From a virus, in the IMG/VR virus record IMGVR_UViG_3300025156_000001, positions 4,757-68,756 of that record: a DNA stretch of 64,000 nucleotides; one strand, written 5' to 3'. Below are positions 27,028 to 36,734 of this stretch, one piece after another. Below the pieces are notes generated by a model. It searched no databases. It was not told the origin of the DNA and saw only the letters and a list, made by a program, of their open reading frames with translations. Made by a program: the position numbers and the translations under genes. Position 1 is the first letter of the stretch, and every line of letters starts with the position of its first letter.

Positions 27028-28041
27028 ATGGCAAGTACTTCTAGAACGGGAATTATAACCCCTTGGAACAAGGAGATTTACAATCAGTACTATATATCAA
27101 GGTATATAGAAGAACTCGTTGACCCCGAGCTCATCTGGGAACAGTTTGTGCCGGAGGAGTCCACGACTTCTATGGCGATTGAGTGGCTCGTCGATGGGAC
27201 TGGAGGTTCGCCTTCGTCCCCTGGTAGGGACACTAAGAAAAATAGGGCACCGCTACATGCTCCTGCATCAGAGGTCCCCTTCATCGAAATTTCCGATATT
27301 AGCAGGCAGACTGCTACTACGGAAGAGATAGCGATTGGTATAAGGTTTAGAGAAAGAATGAGAAAGATGAACAACCTCGACCCAATCCAGAGGACGATGA
27401 GGAGACTGTCCAGGTGGCTTGCAGAACAGCTCAACTACGAAGTTGCATCAAACATGTTTGGTGGATTCTCCGTAACGAACGATTCTTCAAATGCGCTTAC
27501 CAATGCGTCTTCATTCGGTGTTGAGACCACGTATGGTTTCCATGCTGGGGTGCTTGATGCTGGTAAGTATTGGGGTACTGATGGGATGGACCCCCTGACT
27601 GATATCGAGGACCTCAGGCTTGCGATACTGGACCAGGAGGGATACAACTATAACCTTACTGATATAATGATGCCTATGCGGATTTATTCTAAGGTAAAGA
27701 GATATCTCGATAGGGTCGATTATACGTACCAGACTTCGCCGCTCGGCGGAAGGAATTCTCTCACTCTGCCCGATGTGGGTGGAGTCAGGATTACTGAGGC
27801 TAGGTACGTCGATGGGCTCGAAGCGAATAAGATTCTCTTCTGGGACGCCTCGGCGGAACCCGCGACAACGTTTGTGTTTGAGGACGCAGATGGTTATAGC
27901 AAGTGGTCCGGCGACGCAAGGTTCTATTCACATCAGTGGATGGAGAACGCGACTGGCGACCTCTATACAAAGATGTTCACCAACAGGAGAACGGTTCTTA
28001 TCGAGCCGAAGAGCGTTGGTGTACTACAGGTGACGGCCTAA
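27028..28041 (+). CDS. major capsid protein (HK97 fold)
   Basis: 337 aa; ASEVP E-loop, long spine helix, DPLTDI, C-terminal IEPKSV; GAGGTGA SD; followed by a hairpin. Confidence 0.82.
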   Translation: MASTSRTGIITPWNKEIYNQYYISRYIEELVDPELIWEQFVPEESTTSMAIEWLVDGTGGSPSSPGRDTKKNRAPLHAPASEVPFIEISDISRQTATTEEIAIGIRFRERMRKMNNLDPIQRTMRRLSRWLAEQLNYEVASNMFGGFSVTNDSSNALTNASSFGVETTYGFHAGVLDAGKYWGTDGMDPLTDIEDLRLAILDQEGYNYNLTDIMMPMRIYSKVKRYLDRVDYTYQTSPLGGRNSLTLPDVGGVRITEARYVDGLEANKILFWDASAEPATTFVFEDADGYSKWSGDARFYSHQWMENATGDLYTKMFTNRRTVLIEPKSVGVLQVTA

Positions 28042-28057
28042 ATCCGTTAAACTGGCC

Positions 28058-28082
28058 TGGGCGAGAGCCATAATCTCGCCCA
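28058..28082 (+). terminator. stem-loop after the capsid gene (terminator or mRNA stabiliser)
   Basis: TGGGCGAGA-gccataa-TCTCGCCCA, 9-bp stem. Confidence 0.6.
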
Positions 28083-28131
28083 CTTGTCCGACTACCCGAG
28101 TAGGACACAAATAAGATATCAGGTGATACAA

Positions 28132-29202
28132 ATGAGTGATAAACTAGATTTGCCAACAAACGAATTCGCATTTAAGACCGCGTATGGTGGAAGGTCGCTG
28201 TCTTATAAAATGGCGAAGCATTACGATAAACTAATTTCAATGGCCGATGGAAACAAGATAAGAGTTATAGATGATATGGAGTCATATACTTCAGACGCAC
28301 TCGCCCAGGCGGCTTGGGTTGCATCAGATGCCGTTGCTACAACCGGTGTTGCTGTTACCTCAGAGTCGTCTACTGTGGCTGGGGGTTCATATGCTATAAC
28401 GCTTACGACTGGGACGTCGTCATTTACTTCTGATGTTTCCGTCTTGAGAACGCTTACTGCATCGTCTTCCTATCTGGAAGACGTAGAAAACTCGCAGGAC
28501 TGGCGGGAATACAATTTCCTCGGCTTTATAGCCTACGCTGGCGCGGCAACTGGCGCGGCTGATATTGACCTCCATGTTGGAGATAAGTTCGGCAATTGGG
28601 CAACAGTGTCCCTTGGGGTAATAGACTCAAACCATGCGCAGGATTATATACCTGTGGAGGTTAAACTGTCTTCAATGTCCGGGTCGATAGACTGGTCAAG
28701 AATGAAGTATGTGAAACTTGTGCTTACTTCTTCGATGGGAACGTCCGAGACCTATACCATCGATGAAATGATTCTGTACAAGTATTCAAATGGATATGGG
28801 CCGGTTAATGGAAATACCATCAAACTCACTGCTGGGGCAGACAATCTCACCAGGGGTATGATTGTGAAGGTTGTACCCAATGGTATGAGGGTGTTTGTTA
28901 ATGCATCCGCGGATGGTGATGAAGAGGCTATTGGTATTCTCTGTACCGATGGCGATACCGGTGACGATGTCTATGTCCAGATAGATGGATACGCCTACCA
29001 GCCAGTTGGAGAAGACCCGTCTGGTTGGGAAGCGGGAGACGGTGTTGCTTGTGCTGGTGCTAGCGGCGCTGGTATAGCAGAAGCGGCTTCGACGATGGCT
29101 GACGCATTTGGTAGATATATTGCTCCACTCGCTGGGACAATTTCACAGTATGGATATGCTCTTATTCAGATAGGTAATCCTGGTGCAACGCCCAGCGCTT
29201 AA
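28132..29202 (+). CDS. virion protein with carbohydrate-binding-like domain and C-terminal capsid cement-like domain
   Basis: ATG 28132 after AGGTGA; IDWSRMKYV...YTIDEM CBM-like segment; IGILCTDGDTGDDVYVQIDG. Confidence 0.6.
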   Translation: MSDKLDLPTNEFAFKTAYGGRSLSYKMAKHYDKLISMADGNKIRVIDDMESYTSDALAQAAWVASDAVATTGVAVTSESSTVAGGSYAITLTTGTSSFTSDVSVLRTLTASSSYLEDVENSQDWREYNFLGFIAYAGAATGAADIDLHVGDKFGNWATVSLGVIDSNHAQDYIPVEVKLSSMSGSIDWSRMKYVKLVLTSSMGTSETYTIDEMILYKYSNGYGPVNGNTIKLTAGADNLTRGMIVKVVPNGMRVFVNASADGDEEAIGILCTDGDTGDDVYVQIDGYAYQPVGEDPSGWEAGDGVACAGASGAGIAEAASTMADAFGRYIAPLAGTISQYGYALIQIGNPGATPSA

Positions 29203-29217
29203 ATGGGGTGATTAGGA

Positions 29218-29538
29218 ATGCCTGGCGAATTAACATTAGATGAACTCAAAGAAATATTCATAACCCCAGATAGATGCTATCGGAGACAGAAAGAGATACT
29301 TGATAGGGATGTGGGTATTAAAGCTGATATAGAGGTATTGAAACAGGGCCAGGAAGATATAAAATCTGATGTTAAGGAGATAAAAGACGTTGTGCTCGAG
29401 ATTAAGATAAAGAGGAGAATGGTATCTAGATTCTTGGGCACAATTGTCCATCTCCCTAAAACTACAAAGATTATACTATTAATACTTGCAGCACTTGGAA
29501 TACTAGCTAGTGCTGGTGCTTCTGTTGCATGGGGATGA
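29218..29538 (+). CDS. coiled-coil protein with C-terminal transmembrane helix (holin-like candidate)
   Basis: Heptad DIKSDVKEIKD followed by IILLILAALGILASAGASVAW. Confidence 0.55.
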   Translation: MPGELTLDELKEIFITPDRCYRRQKEILDRDVGIKADIEVLKQGQEDIKSDVKEIKDVVLEIKIKRRMVSRFLGTIVHLPKTTKIILLILAALGILASAGASVAWG

Positions 29539-30011
29539 TACAAATGGCAATTAGTAAAATAGATTTGGGAACTGGAAACTCTCTGAATGTAGAATTAGCG
29601 GAAGATGCCGGTTCAACGTTCTATGAAGTAACCGATAGTAATGGCACCGTACTATTTAAAGTTCTATCGGACGGCACTATAGACATGGGTTCCGGTTCTG
29701 TTTACAATAATAGCGTATCCATAAATGCACAAACCGGTACTACGTATACATTACAGTCGTCTGACCTCGGTAAGGTAATCACCCTCAATAATGCATCTGC
29801 TATTACTCTAACGGTTCCAGATGCTCTTTCTGCTGGATTTCATTGCACGATTATTCAGATTGGTGCTGGGCAGGTTACAGTTGCAGGTGGAGGGTCTATG
29901 ACACTTAGAAACAGACAGTCACATACAAAGTTGGCAGGTCAGTACGCTATGGGCTCACTGTATATATATGCTCCTAATAATGTGGCACTTGGTGGAGATA
30001 CCGCATCGTAG
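29529..30011 (+). CDS. fibre/spike-type virion protein
   Basis: INAQTGTTYTL..SD.GK.I....ITLTVP...IIQ.GAGQVT domain common in phage fibre proteins. Confidence 0.7.
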   Translation: MGMIQMAISKIDLGTGNSLNVELAEDAGSTFYEVTDSNGTVLFKVLSDGTIDMGSGSVYNNSVSINAQTGTTYTLQSSDLGKVITLNNASAITLTVPDALSAGFHCTIIQIGAGQVTVAGGGSMTLRNRQSHTKLAGQYAMGSLYIYAPNNVALGGDTAS

Positions 30012-30057
30012 GTGATAATATGCACAGTAGTAGATATATAAGATTGGGGGACACAAA

Positions 30058-30777
30058 ATGCTAATGTCGCCAGCGCACCTCCAACCCGCATCTGGCGGAA
30101 GTCCACCGAGTGGTAGTTATCTATACGCTGATTGGGAGGAGAGCGACGATAGTGATGGGAAGGACCTTTTTACAGAAATCAAGTCCACTACAAGCGGTTC
30201 TGATGGCTCTACTAAAGTAAATCGTTCGGCTGATTGGTCATCACATGGTTCCTGTGGGGCCAAACTATCTACTGCGTGGGCATATGTCCATACTATACTT
30301 GTGAAAGAGAACGGGACAGGTGGTTCGTCTGATTTTGACATACGGATGAATTTCCGACACAAAGCAAATCAGGACGAGAAGTTTGGACTGTGTTGGGGTG
30401 CTGATTGGGATTCTGACCCAGACTATGTTGGTGGCATACTCTTATGGTATGATGATGACGGTAATGATTTATGGCTATCTGCATTTGAAACCGACGGCGT
30501 CCCAAAGTTCTATTCGGAGATAGATGTTGATAGTAATATAGGAGCGCTCACTGATGGCTCGCTATATAAACTTCATCTGAACATAACAATCTCTGGGGGG
30601 ACTGCTACTATTACTGGAGAAATTCTTAACTCAACCGATACACAAATTGGTTCAGTATCGGGTTCTATCTCAACGTCAGGGATGACAGACGATATTAGTT
30701 TCTTGATATATTCTGAGGCATCGGGAGCAGGGAATGAGGCAATAGCGGATGAAATGGAGGTTGTAGTAAATGATTAG
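30058..30777 (+). CDS. lectin/jelly-roll-like virion protein
   Basis: Beta-rich acidic 239 aa sequence in the structural module. Confidence 0.55.
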   Translation: MLMSPAHLQPASGGSPPSGSYLYADWEESDDSDGKDLFTEIKSTTSGSDGSTKVNRSADWSSHGSCGAKLSTAWAYVHTILVKENGTGGSSDFDIRMNFRHKANQDEKFGLCWGADWDSDPDYVGGILLWYDDDGNDLWLSAFETDGVPKFYSEIDVDSNIGALTDGSLYKLHLNITISGGTATITGEILNSTDTQIGSVSGSISTSGMTDDISFLIYSEASGAGNEAIADEMEVVVND

Positions 30778-33298
30778 ACGCATGTTCACATTTATCTTGA
30801 CATTCCTACTTGCATTTGCGGTGATACAGGGTGTGGATTGCGAGACGGTTGTACCTGAGAAGGAATCATTCAAGAAGAAGTGGCTAGAGAGACATAGAGA
30901 GCTTCACTTCGTTGAACGACTCAAATCACAGTTTGAACGTGAACATAAACGTTTCAAGGTAATATGGGGTTATATGACCGATGTAATATACATGGGTCCA
31001 AGGAACAAACCGCTACCCAAAAGGGTAAAAAGGTCTCTATTACTCAATAAGATAATCAGTAGGATTCCAATACTGGCAAAACTCAACCCAAAGGTTGGGC
31101 CGAATAAGTGGTGGAAGGTTAGATTCAAAGCAAGGAGATGGTGGTTCAAGCACAGGCTTCATGTCATGTATGTCTCCATTTTTGTACTCCTCCTTCTAAT
31201 ATCTACTGGGATACTCCCGCCTATTGCCGGGCTATTTGGAGCTTCATATTATCTTGATATGGACGCTGGTAGTAATGGTGATGGTTCACAGTCTTCACCA
31301 TTCAACAACTGGACATCATTCAAGAACGCCATGCAGTCTAGTGGTCCACATGATGGATACATCAAGAGAGGGAACACACTGACTGGGAATAATAATATTT
31401 ATCCGAGTGGGGATGGATGGACTATACAAGCGTATGGGACCGGAGATGCCCCTTTTATTACAGCAGGGTTTGGAACCAACAATGATGATTGGACTATCAG
31501 CGATATAGATATCGATGGGACTGGCGTGACAGGGTTCAGTTATATTATCCAGAATGATAATGGCCAATCGATATGGAACGGGACTATTCATGATGTAGAA
31601 GTCACAAATACACGGTTTATGGCCTATAATAATGGTGGGGGTGGTTTCAGCATACACGATTTTACAATATCGGCAACCGGTAGTTGTATGAATTTTGAGG
31701 CCACGGCATCAAACAAGTTTGGCGATACGGACATTTACAACTTCACAATAGATTGCAACGATTCTACTTCAAGCGATGGGATTTCCATACATACCGACCA
31801 GGATGGACAGACAGGTGGGACCGGATGGGCGATTTACAACGGTGAGATAAGTAACTGTGCAGAGAACGCCCTTGACCTAACCGCATGTGGGGGTGGGCAA
31901 TTCTATCAATTGGAATTACATGATTGTTCTGGGCCATTGGTATATGTATCGTATAGAAGCACGGGCGTCCATCTCCATCACAGCTATATATACGAGAGCA
32001 ACAATAGTGGGATAGCGGATTACTCAAAGGGCCCCAACTATTATTACAAGAATCTCATCAAGATAGATGCGTCAGCAGGTAATGGAGTATTCTATATTGC
32101 TGATTATGGTGGTTCCAATAAAGACGATGGATACATTGAAGGGAATACCATTATTATAGATGGTGGGACGGCTTTCAAGTTTACAGAAGAGAATGGGGCG
32201 GCTATTACGGCCTTTCATATCAATAATAATATTATTACTACTACAACAAGCTCACTATCAACAGTATATTCATTCTCCGGGTTCACATGGGGTGAAGTAA
32301 CGGCGGCTAACAATATCTATTACAATCCAGCCGGAGACCCACAGATGACACCCTCTGTGAATTGGACCACATGGACGGGGACGCATACGGAAGCGAGTAA
32401 GAACGACCCGCTTCTCGTCGATAGGGCTTTTACAACATACGGAGATTATCGGGATGCATATCTCTCTGGTACATCATCGCCAGCATATGGTAACGCATCG
32501 TATTCAACAACTGGTACATATTATAAAAGAGACGGAACCTCTGTGACTGGGTTGGCAAGTGTAGATGACTATGCCGGCGATACTGGCGGTGGGGATATTG
32601 GATTTGATGAGTATGTAGATGCTGGTAATCCGCCCACTGTTACCACCCAGTCTGCAACAAGTATCACATATCAATCTGCCACTCTTAATGGGAATATCAC
32701 AGCGATAGGCGATAGTACCCCGACTCGAAGAGGCTTCTACGTGAATACCTCCGAGAGTAAGACTGGGGCCGATGACGTCTATGAAACGGGGTCTTTCCCC
32801 ACAGGTTCTTTCTCACTCGGAACGGGGGATACACTCGACCCCAACACAACCTATTATTGCCTTGCTTATGCAACCAACACACAGGGTGAAAGCACAAATA
32901 ATACCTGGGAGTCGTTTGTAACTCTAGACTATTCCCAGAGCTGTAGCTTAACAATGTCGGACGGTGATGATATAATACTATCGAATGGGGACGATTGGTC
33001 TGATATAAATATAACCGTTGGTGCAACAAGTACAATCACAACGAATAACAATTCAGATAACGTGACGGTTGGCGATGGAACAAACAACGGAACACTTGGA
33101 ACAGAAAACCATACCGGGACCGTGACTGGTGGTACATGGACCGAATGTGGTGAGTATCTCGGCGGATTCTCAACACTTGAACCGGCTAGTTGTTCTGGCG
33201 GTAGTTCCCCATCAGGTGATGGCACATTTGATATGGATAACATTAATAAAAATAATATTTGTAAAGGACAAATGAATTTAAAAAGTGGAGGATATTAA
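30770..33298 (+). CDS. parallel beta-helix (pectin lyase-like) protein with N-terminal hydrophobic segments and an FN3-like domain
   Basis: Signal-like N-terminus, basic segment, TM helix, YYLD...GDGS..SPF start, Asn/Ile ladders (NNII, NNIYY), PTVTT...ATLNG...NTTYY..AYATN FN3-like module. Confidence 0.7.
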   Translation: MIRRMFTFILTFLLAFAVIQGVDCETVVPEKESFKKKWLERHRELHFVERLKSQFEREHKRFKVIWGYMTDVIYMGPRNKPLPKRVKRSLLLNKIISRIPILAKLNPKVGPNKWWKVRFKARRWWFKHRLHVMYVSIFVLLLLISTGILPPIAGLFGASYYLDMDAGSNGDGSQSSPFNNWTSFKNAMQSSGPHDGYIKRGNTLTGNNNIYPSGDGWTIQAYGTGDAPFITAGFGTNNDDWTISDIDIDGTGVTGFSYIIQNDNGQSIWNGTIHDVEVTNTRFMAYNNGGGGFSIHDFTISATGSCMNFEATASNKFGDTDIYNFTIDCNDSTSSDGISIHTDQDGQTGGTGWAIYNGEISNCAENALDLTACGGGQFYQLELHDCSGPLVYVSYRSTGVHLHHSYIYESNNSGIADYSKGPNYYYKNLIKIDASAGNGVFYIADYGGSNKDDGYIEGNTIIIDGGTAFKFTEENGAAITAFHINNNIITTTTSSLSTVYSFSGFTWGEVTAANNIYYNPAGDPQMTPSVNWTTWTGTHTEASKNDPLLVDRAFTTYGDYRDAYLSGTSSPAYGNASYSTTGTYYKRDGTSVTGLASVDDYAGDTGGGDIGFDEYVDAGNPPTVTTQSATSITYQSATLNGNITAIGDSTPTRRGFYVNTSESKTGADDVYETGSFPTGSFSLGTGDTLDPNTTYYCLAYATNTQGESTNNTWESFVTLDYSQSCSLTMSDGDDIILSNGDDWSDINITVGATSTITTNNNSDNVTVGDGTNNGTLGTENHTGTVTGGTWTECGEYLGGFSTLEPASCSGGSSPSGDGTFDMDNINKNNICKGQMNLKSGGY

Positions 33299-33755
33299 TA
33301 TGACTACTAACTTTCAGGAAATAGACACACCCGGTGTGGGCCAGTCCCACTGGGAAGGTGTGGATATGACATCGCCCAATTCCGAGGCGCTCTTGTCGTA
33401 CGACAGTCTACCAGCAATATTCTTTATAGACCCGTATTCTAACGTGTCAATAGAGATAGTAAATAAACACGCAACGGCGGACCTTACTGTCAAACTGTTT
33501 GTATCGAACTTCGACGACCCCGGCAGTACATTCTCAACAGACTTCACAAGCGATTCAAAGTGGGCCCAGGTTAGAGATGCAGACGGGACAGTTGTATCAA
33601 TTACGGTAACCGCGGATGGAACGCCAGCAAACAACCAGACGGTACATATAGACGGTAGATATAAATGGCTCGCCGTATCTGCAAGCAATGGGGCGGGGGA
33701 TTACACAAACTCCATTGATATGGCAGTTACAATGACCAAAAGAGACAACAAGTAG
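33285..33755 (+). CDS. hypothetical virion protein
   Basis: Acidic beta-rich ORF; likely start ATG 33300 after GGAGG. Confidence 0.6.
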   Translation: MEDINMTTNFQEIDTPGVGQSHWEGVDMTSPNSEALLSYDSLPAIFFIDPYSNVSIEIVNKHATADLTVKLFVSNFDDPGSTFSTDFTSDSKWAQVRDADGTVVSITVTADGTPANNQTVHIDGRYKWLAVSASNGAGDYTNSIDMAVTMTKRDNK

Positions 33756-33765
33756 GTGGTAAAAT

Positions 33766-34170
33766 ATGAGCGACGTGATAGCTAGGTTCAGGGCCGTTTC
33801 GAAGATATCGACGACAACGATAACGGATACATCTCTGAAGACAATATATATACCTGCTGTAGAGGCTAGGTTTAATCACGTCATGGACACATCACACGAA
33901 GTAGATATAAGCGGTGAGACTTATACAACTGGTGACGATGCTGTAGACCTATCTATAACATACTTATTGTGTTCTGAGGCATATAAGGAAGAATTCATGC
34001 GAAGGGTGGTTGAAAATGTCGACCAATGGTATCTATACGAACAGATGGCGTACTGTATAATGTCGGAAATAGACCCGAGTAAGGTGGGGAGGAGGCCACA
34101 AGGCGAATACTATCTTAGATATTCCGGTAGGGGGAAACCCGCCGATGCAGTTTACATAGGTGAAGACTAA
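33766..34170 (+). CDS. putative head-tail adaptor
   Basis: 134 aa helical protein at the neck-gene position. Confidence 0.5.
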   Translation: MSDVIARFRAVSKISTTTITDTSLKTIYIPAVEARFNHVMDTSHEVDISGETYTTGDDAVDLSITYLLCSEAYKEEFMRRVVENVDQWYLYEQMAYCIMSEIDPSKVGRRPQGEYYLRYSGRGKPADAVYIGED

Positions 34171-34685
34171 TGTCAACTATAAATACATTAATGGAACATA
34201 TGAAAACGGCCTTAACAAGTGGTATAGATAGCTATGGCGCAATAGCCTCATCGAGCCCAACTTACGGCGGTACAGGTGATGGGGAGGATTTCGACGGCTT
34301 CGGGGTATTCCTTACTGGCCTCAACGATACTATAGACTTCTCCTCTATAACACTACCAGCCCTTTTGGTCTCTTTTGACTTGTTTCAATCTGGAGATAGA
34401 GTATTCGGCGATGAGCCATTGGGTATGTCAATATCCGTATCGCCAATAGTTAACGATTTCTATGGCTCTGCAATAGAAGGTACCCAGGTCATTGAGAATA
34501 AAGAGGCTGTAAATGTATATATAGATAGACTTAATGAATTTATGAAATACGTACAGTTCCCAGATGTAGTCCTTATAGCAAGGGATAACTCATCACCTAT
34601 AAGTCCTGGTGGATTTGCACCAAACAACGACTTCTATGTTACGGGAACAGTTACATTAAATATAGAGTATATGGAGGATATATAA
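34170..34685 (+). CDS. putative tail terminator
   Basis: LPALLV strand and C-terminal VTLNIEY; immediately upstream of tail tube-like genes. Confidence 0.5.
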   Translation: MSTINTLMEHMKTALTSGIDSYGAIASSSPTYGGTGDGEDFDGFGVFLTGLNDTIDFSSITLPALLVSFDLFQSGDRVFGDEPLGMSISVSPIVNDFYGSAIEGTQVIENKEAVNVYIDRLNEFMKYVQFPDVVLIARDNSSPISPGGFAPNNDFYVTGTVTLNIEYMEDI

Positions 34686-35686
34686 TGACTAGAGAGCCGG
34701 TACTAAGGTATAGCGTTGAGTTGAATGGGGTAAGAGTCCCTATTACAACTACGATAAATTTCAATACAATTGGCAAAGTTATGGAGGAAGTACACTCATT
34801 AGAAGACCCATATACTAAAAGTATAGAGATTGTAGACAAGGTATCTGGTACTATAACCTTTAAGGTTCCAGCCGGGAACTACTCAAATGACCCGCTTACA
34901 TTTCTGGAGACGCTTGGTCATAGGGATATGAGTACGATATACAATACTACAACTGAGTCGATAGAGATAACTGGTTCATATGGTTATACTGACCTCGGTG
35001 GTGGCGAGATATCGGAGCCAAAGATACCTATTGAAATTAGGCAGACGGAAGCAACTGGTGGGACACCAATATCGAGTGGTGGAACATCGATGATAGCAAT
35101 CCCATTCAAGATGCCTACAGATGAACTAACGAGTCTAAAAATGAAATGGAGAGAAGCAACTGATGGTGATGTAACATCATGCGATATAGAATTGTTTACA
35201 GATAATTCTGGTGAACCTGGCTCGAAGGTTACCAATAGTAATACACTGTCTCCGACGATTGACCCAGCGAATGGCGCGTCATATCTATCGGCAGAGTACG
35301 AGACTATAGATATATCAAATCTCCTCGGTACATCTACTACGACAATTGGTACAAAATATTGGATTGTAATAACGGCAACAGATTCCGACAATCTATATGT
35401 ATCCCACACTAGTAATAGGAATTACTACGATAGGGTAATGGGATACTCGGGCTCATGGGCATATATATCTAATGTGGAAAACTTCTGCTTCATACTTACT
35501 GGAACCCAGAGTCTTGGTGGGCACCATCTAAAGATAGTTGGTACCACACAGAATGGTACGTATATACGTACATATGAACTTAATGGGTGTAGAATAGTTG
35601 CGAAACCGCCGTCCCCTTCACCGCAGAAGAGCACGGAGATTTCTTTCGACTTTACATCATATGACTATACGATAACGGAAACATAG
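34685..35686 (+). CDS. tail tube-like protein with inserted beta-sandwich domain
   Basis: N- and C-terminal segments paralogous to 35696..36328 (EDPY; GCR...PSPQ); central DNSGEPGS...KYWIV insert. Confidence 0.55.
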   Translation: MTREPVLRYSVELNGVRVPITTTINFNTIGKVMEEVHSLEDPYTKSIEIVDKVSGTITFKVPAGNYSNDPLTFLETLGHRDMSTIYNTTTESIEITGSYGYTDLGGGEISEPKIPIEIRQTEATGGTPISSGGTSMIAIPFKMPTDELTSLKMKWREATDGDVTSCDIELFTDNSGEPGSKVTNSNTLSPTIDPANGASYLSAEYETIDISNLLGTSTTTIGTKYWIVITATDSDNLYVSHTSNRNYYDRVMGYSGSWAYISNVENFCFILTGTQSLGGHHLKIVGTTQNGTYIRTYELNGCRIVAKPPSPSPQKSTEISFDFTSYDYTITET

Positions 35687-35695
35687 GTGATTTAA

Positions 35696-36328
35696 ATGGT
35701 AGATTCAATGATAAAATGTGCAGTTGGAGTGAGGCTGAAGAATTGGACCGGTAGTCTAACAGACCCGACCAATACTGGGCCGCTTGGGGACCCAGAGTAC
35801 CTTGGTCCACTTTACGATTCAGACGCTGGTTCGTATAGTGGTCTTGAGGTTCTTAAGATATCCAAACCTACAGATGTCTCAGTGTCCGACTTGGAAAAGA
35901 TGCTTGAAACGTTTCAGACTACAGAGGACCCGTATGAGTATCATATACCAATACGCGATACAGGTGGGTGTTCTTTTGAGATTTACGATACGATAGATAC
36001 AACCAGTGGTACAGCTTCAATGGGACTGCTTTGGGGCTCTCTACATCTCCCTGTGGGTTGCACCAATACGTCTGCTGGGGCGGCTGTATATGATGCATGG
36101 TCAGATACTAATGCTGGTACGGAATCGTCTGATGTAGTTGGTTATGAAGTAATTCTGGAGTGGCAGGTAGGTGAAAATCTGTACAGGTATATAAAGCTTT
36201 CTGGGTGTAGACTCAAGGCAATACCTGCACCTTCACCCCAGAGGGCAACGAAGGTAAGGGTTGACCTTACAGATGCTAGGTATGTCACAATAGGTAGTGA
36301 TACTCAATCTCATCTAGAAACATCGTAG
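35696..36328 (+). CDS. major tail tube protein
   Basis: 210 aa acidic Ser/Thr-rich protein directly upstream of the tail chaperone. Confidence 0.6.
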   Translation: MVDSMIKCAVGVRLKNWTGSLTDPTNTGPLGDPEYLGPLYDSDAGSYSGLEVLKISKPTDVSVSDLEKMLETFQTTEDPYEYHIPIRDTGGCSFEIYDTIDTTSGTASMGLLWGSLHLPVGCTNTSAGAAVYDAWSDTNAGTESSDVVGYEVILEWQVGENLYRYIKLSGCRLKAIPAPSPQRATKVRVDLTDARYVTIGSDTQSHLETS

Positions 36329-36350
36329 ATATATTAAGGAGGGAAAGAAT

Positions 36351-36734
36351 ATGGGAATACTTGACAAATATATTAAGGCAGAAAGGAAGTACGAAGAAGT
36401 GCATCTCGAAGACGCCAATAAAAAGGTTAGGTTTAGGATACCTAATCAGAGGGAACTCGAGATGATGTATAAGGAATTCGAGGATATACTAAAGGGCAAC
36501 GATGGTAAGTTCAACTCTACTACCGTCGCCATAGTTATTAAACTCTTCTCTGAAATACCAGAGATACAGTCTGTTAGTGTAGATGAAATAAAGGAAGCGG
36601 TGCTTGATATGTCTCCAAAGGACATAGTCTCCATACTTGTATGGTTCTATGAAAAGATAGGCATAAACATGGATGGAGTAATGGGTGCTGTAGCCGATGA
36701 GGATTTTCACTATCAGACAGGGACAGAGCTTTAG
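36351..36734 (+). CDS. tail assembly chaperone (short form)
   Basis: 127 aa after the tail tube gene; KVRFRIP strand then helices; slippery site near the 3' end. Confidence 0.7.
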   Translation: MGILDKYIKAERKYEEVHLEDANKKVRFRIPNQRELEMMYKEFEDILKGNDGKFNSTTVAIVIKLFSEIPEIQSVSVDEIKEAVLDMSPKDIVSILVWFYEKIGINMDGVMGAVADEDFHYQTGTEL

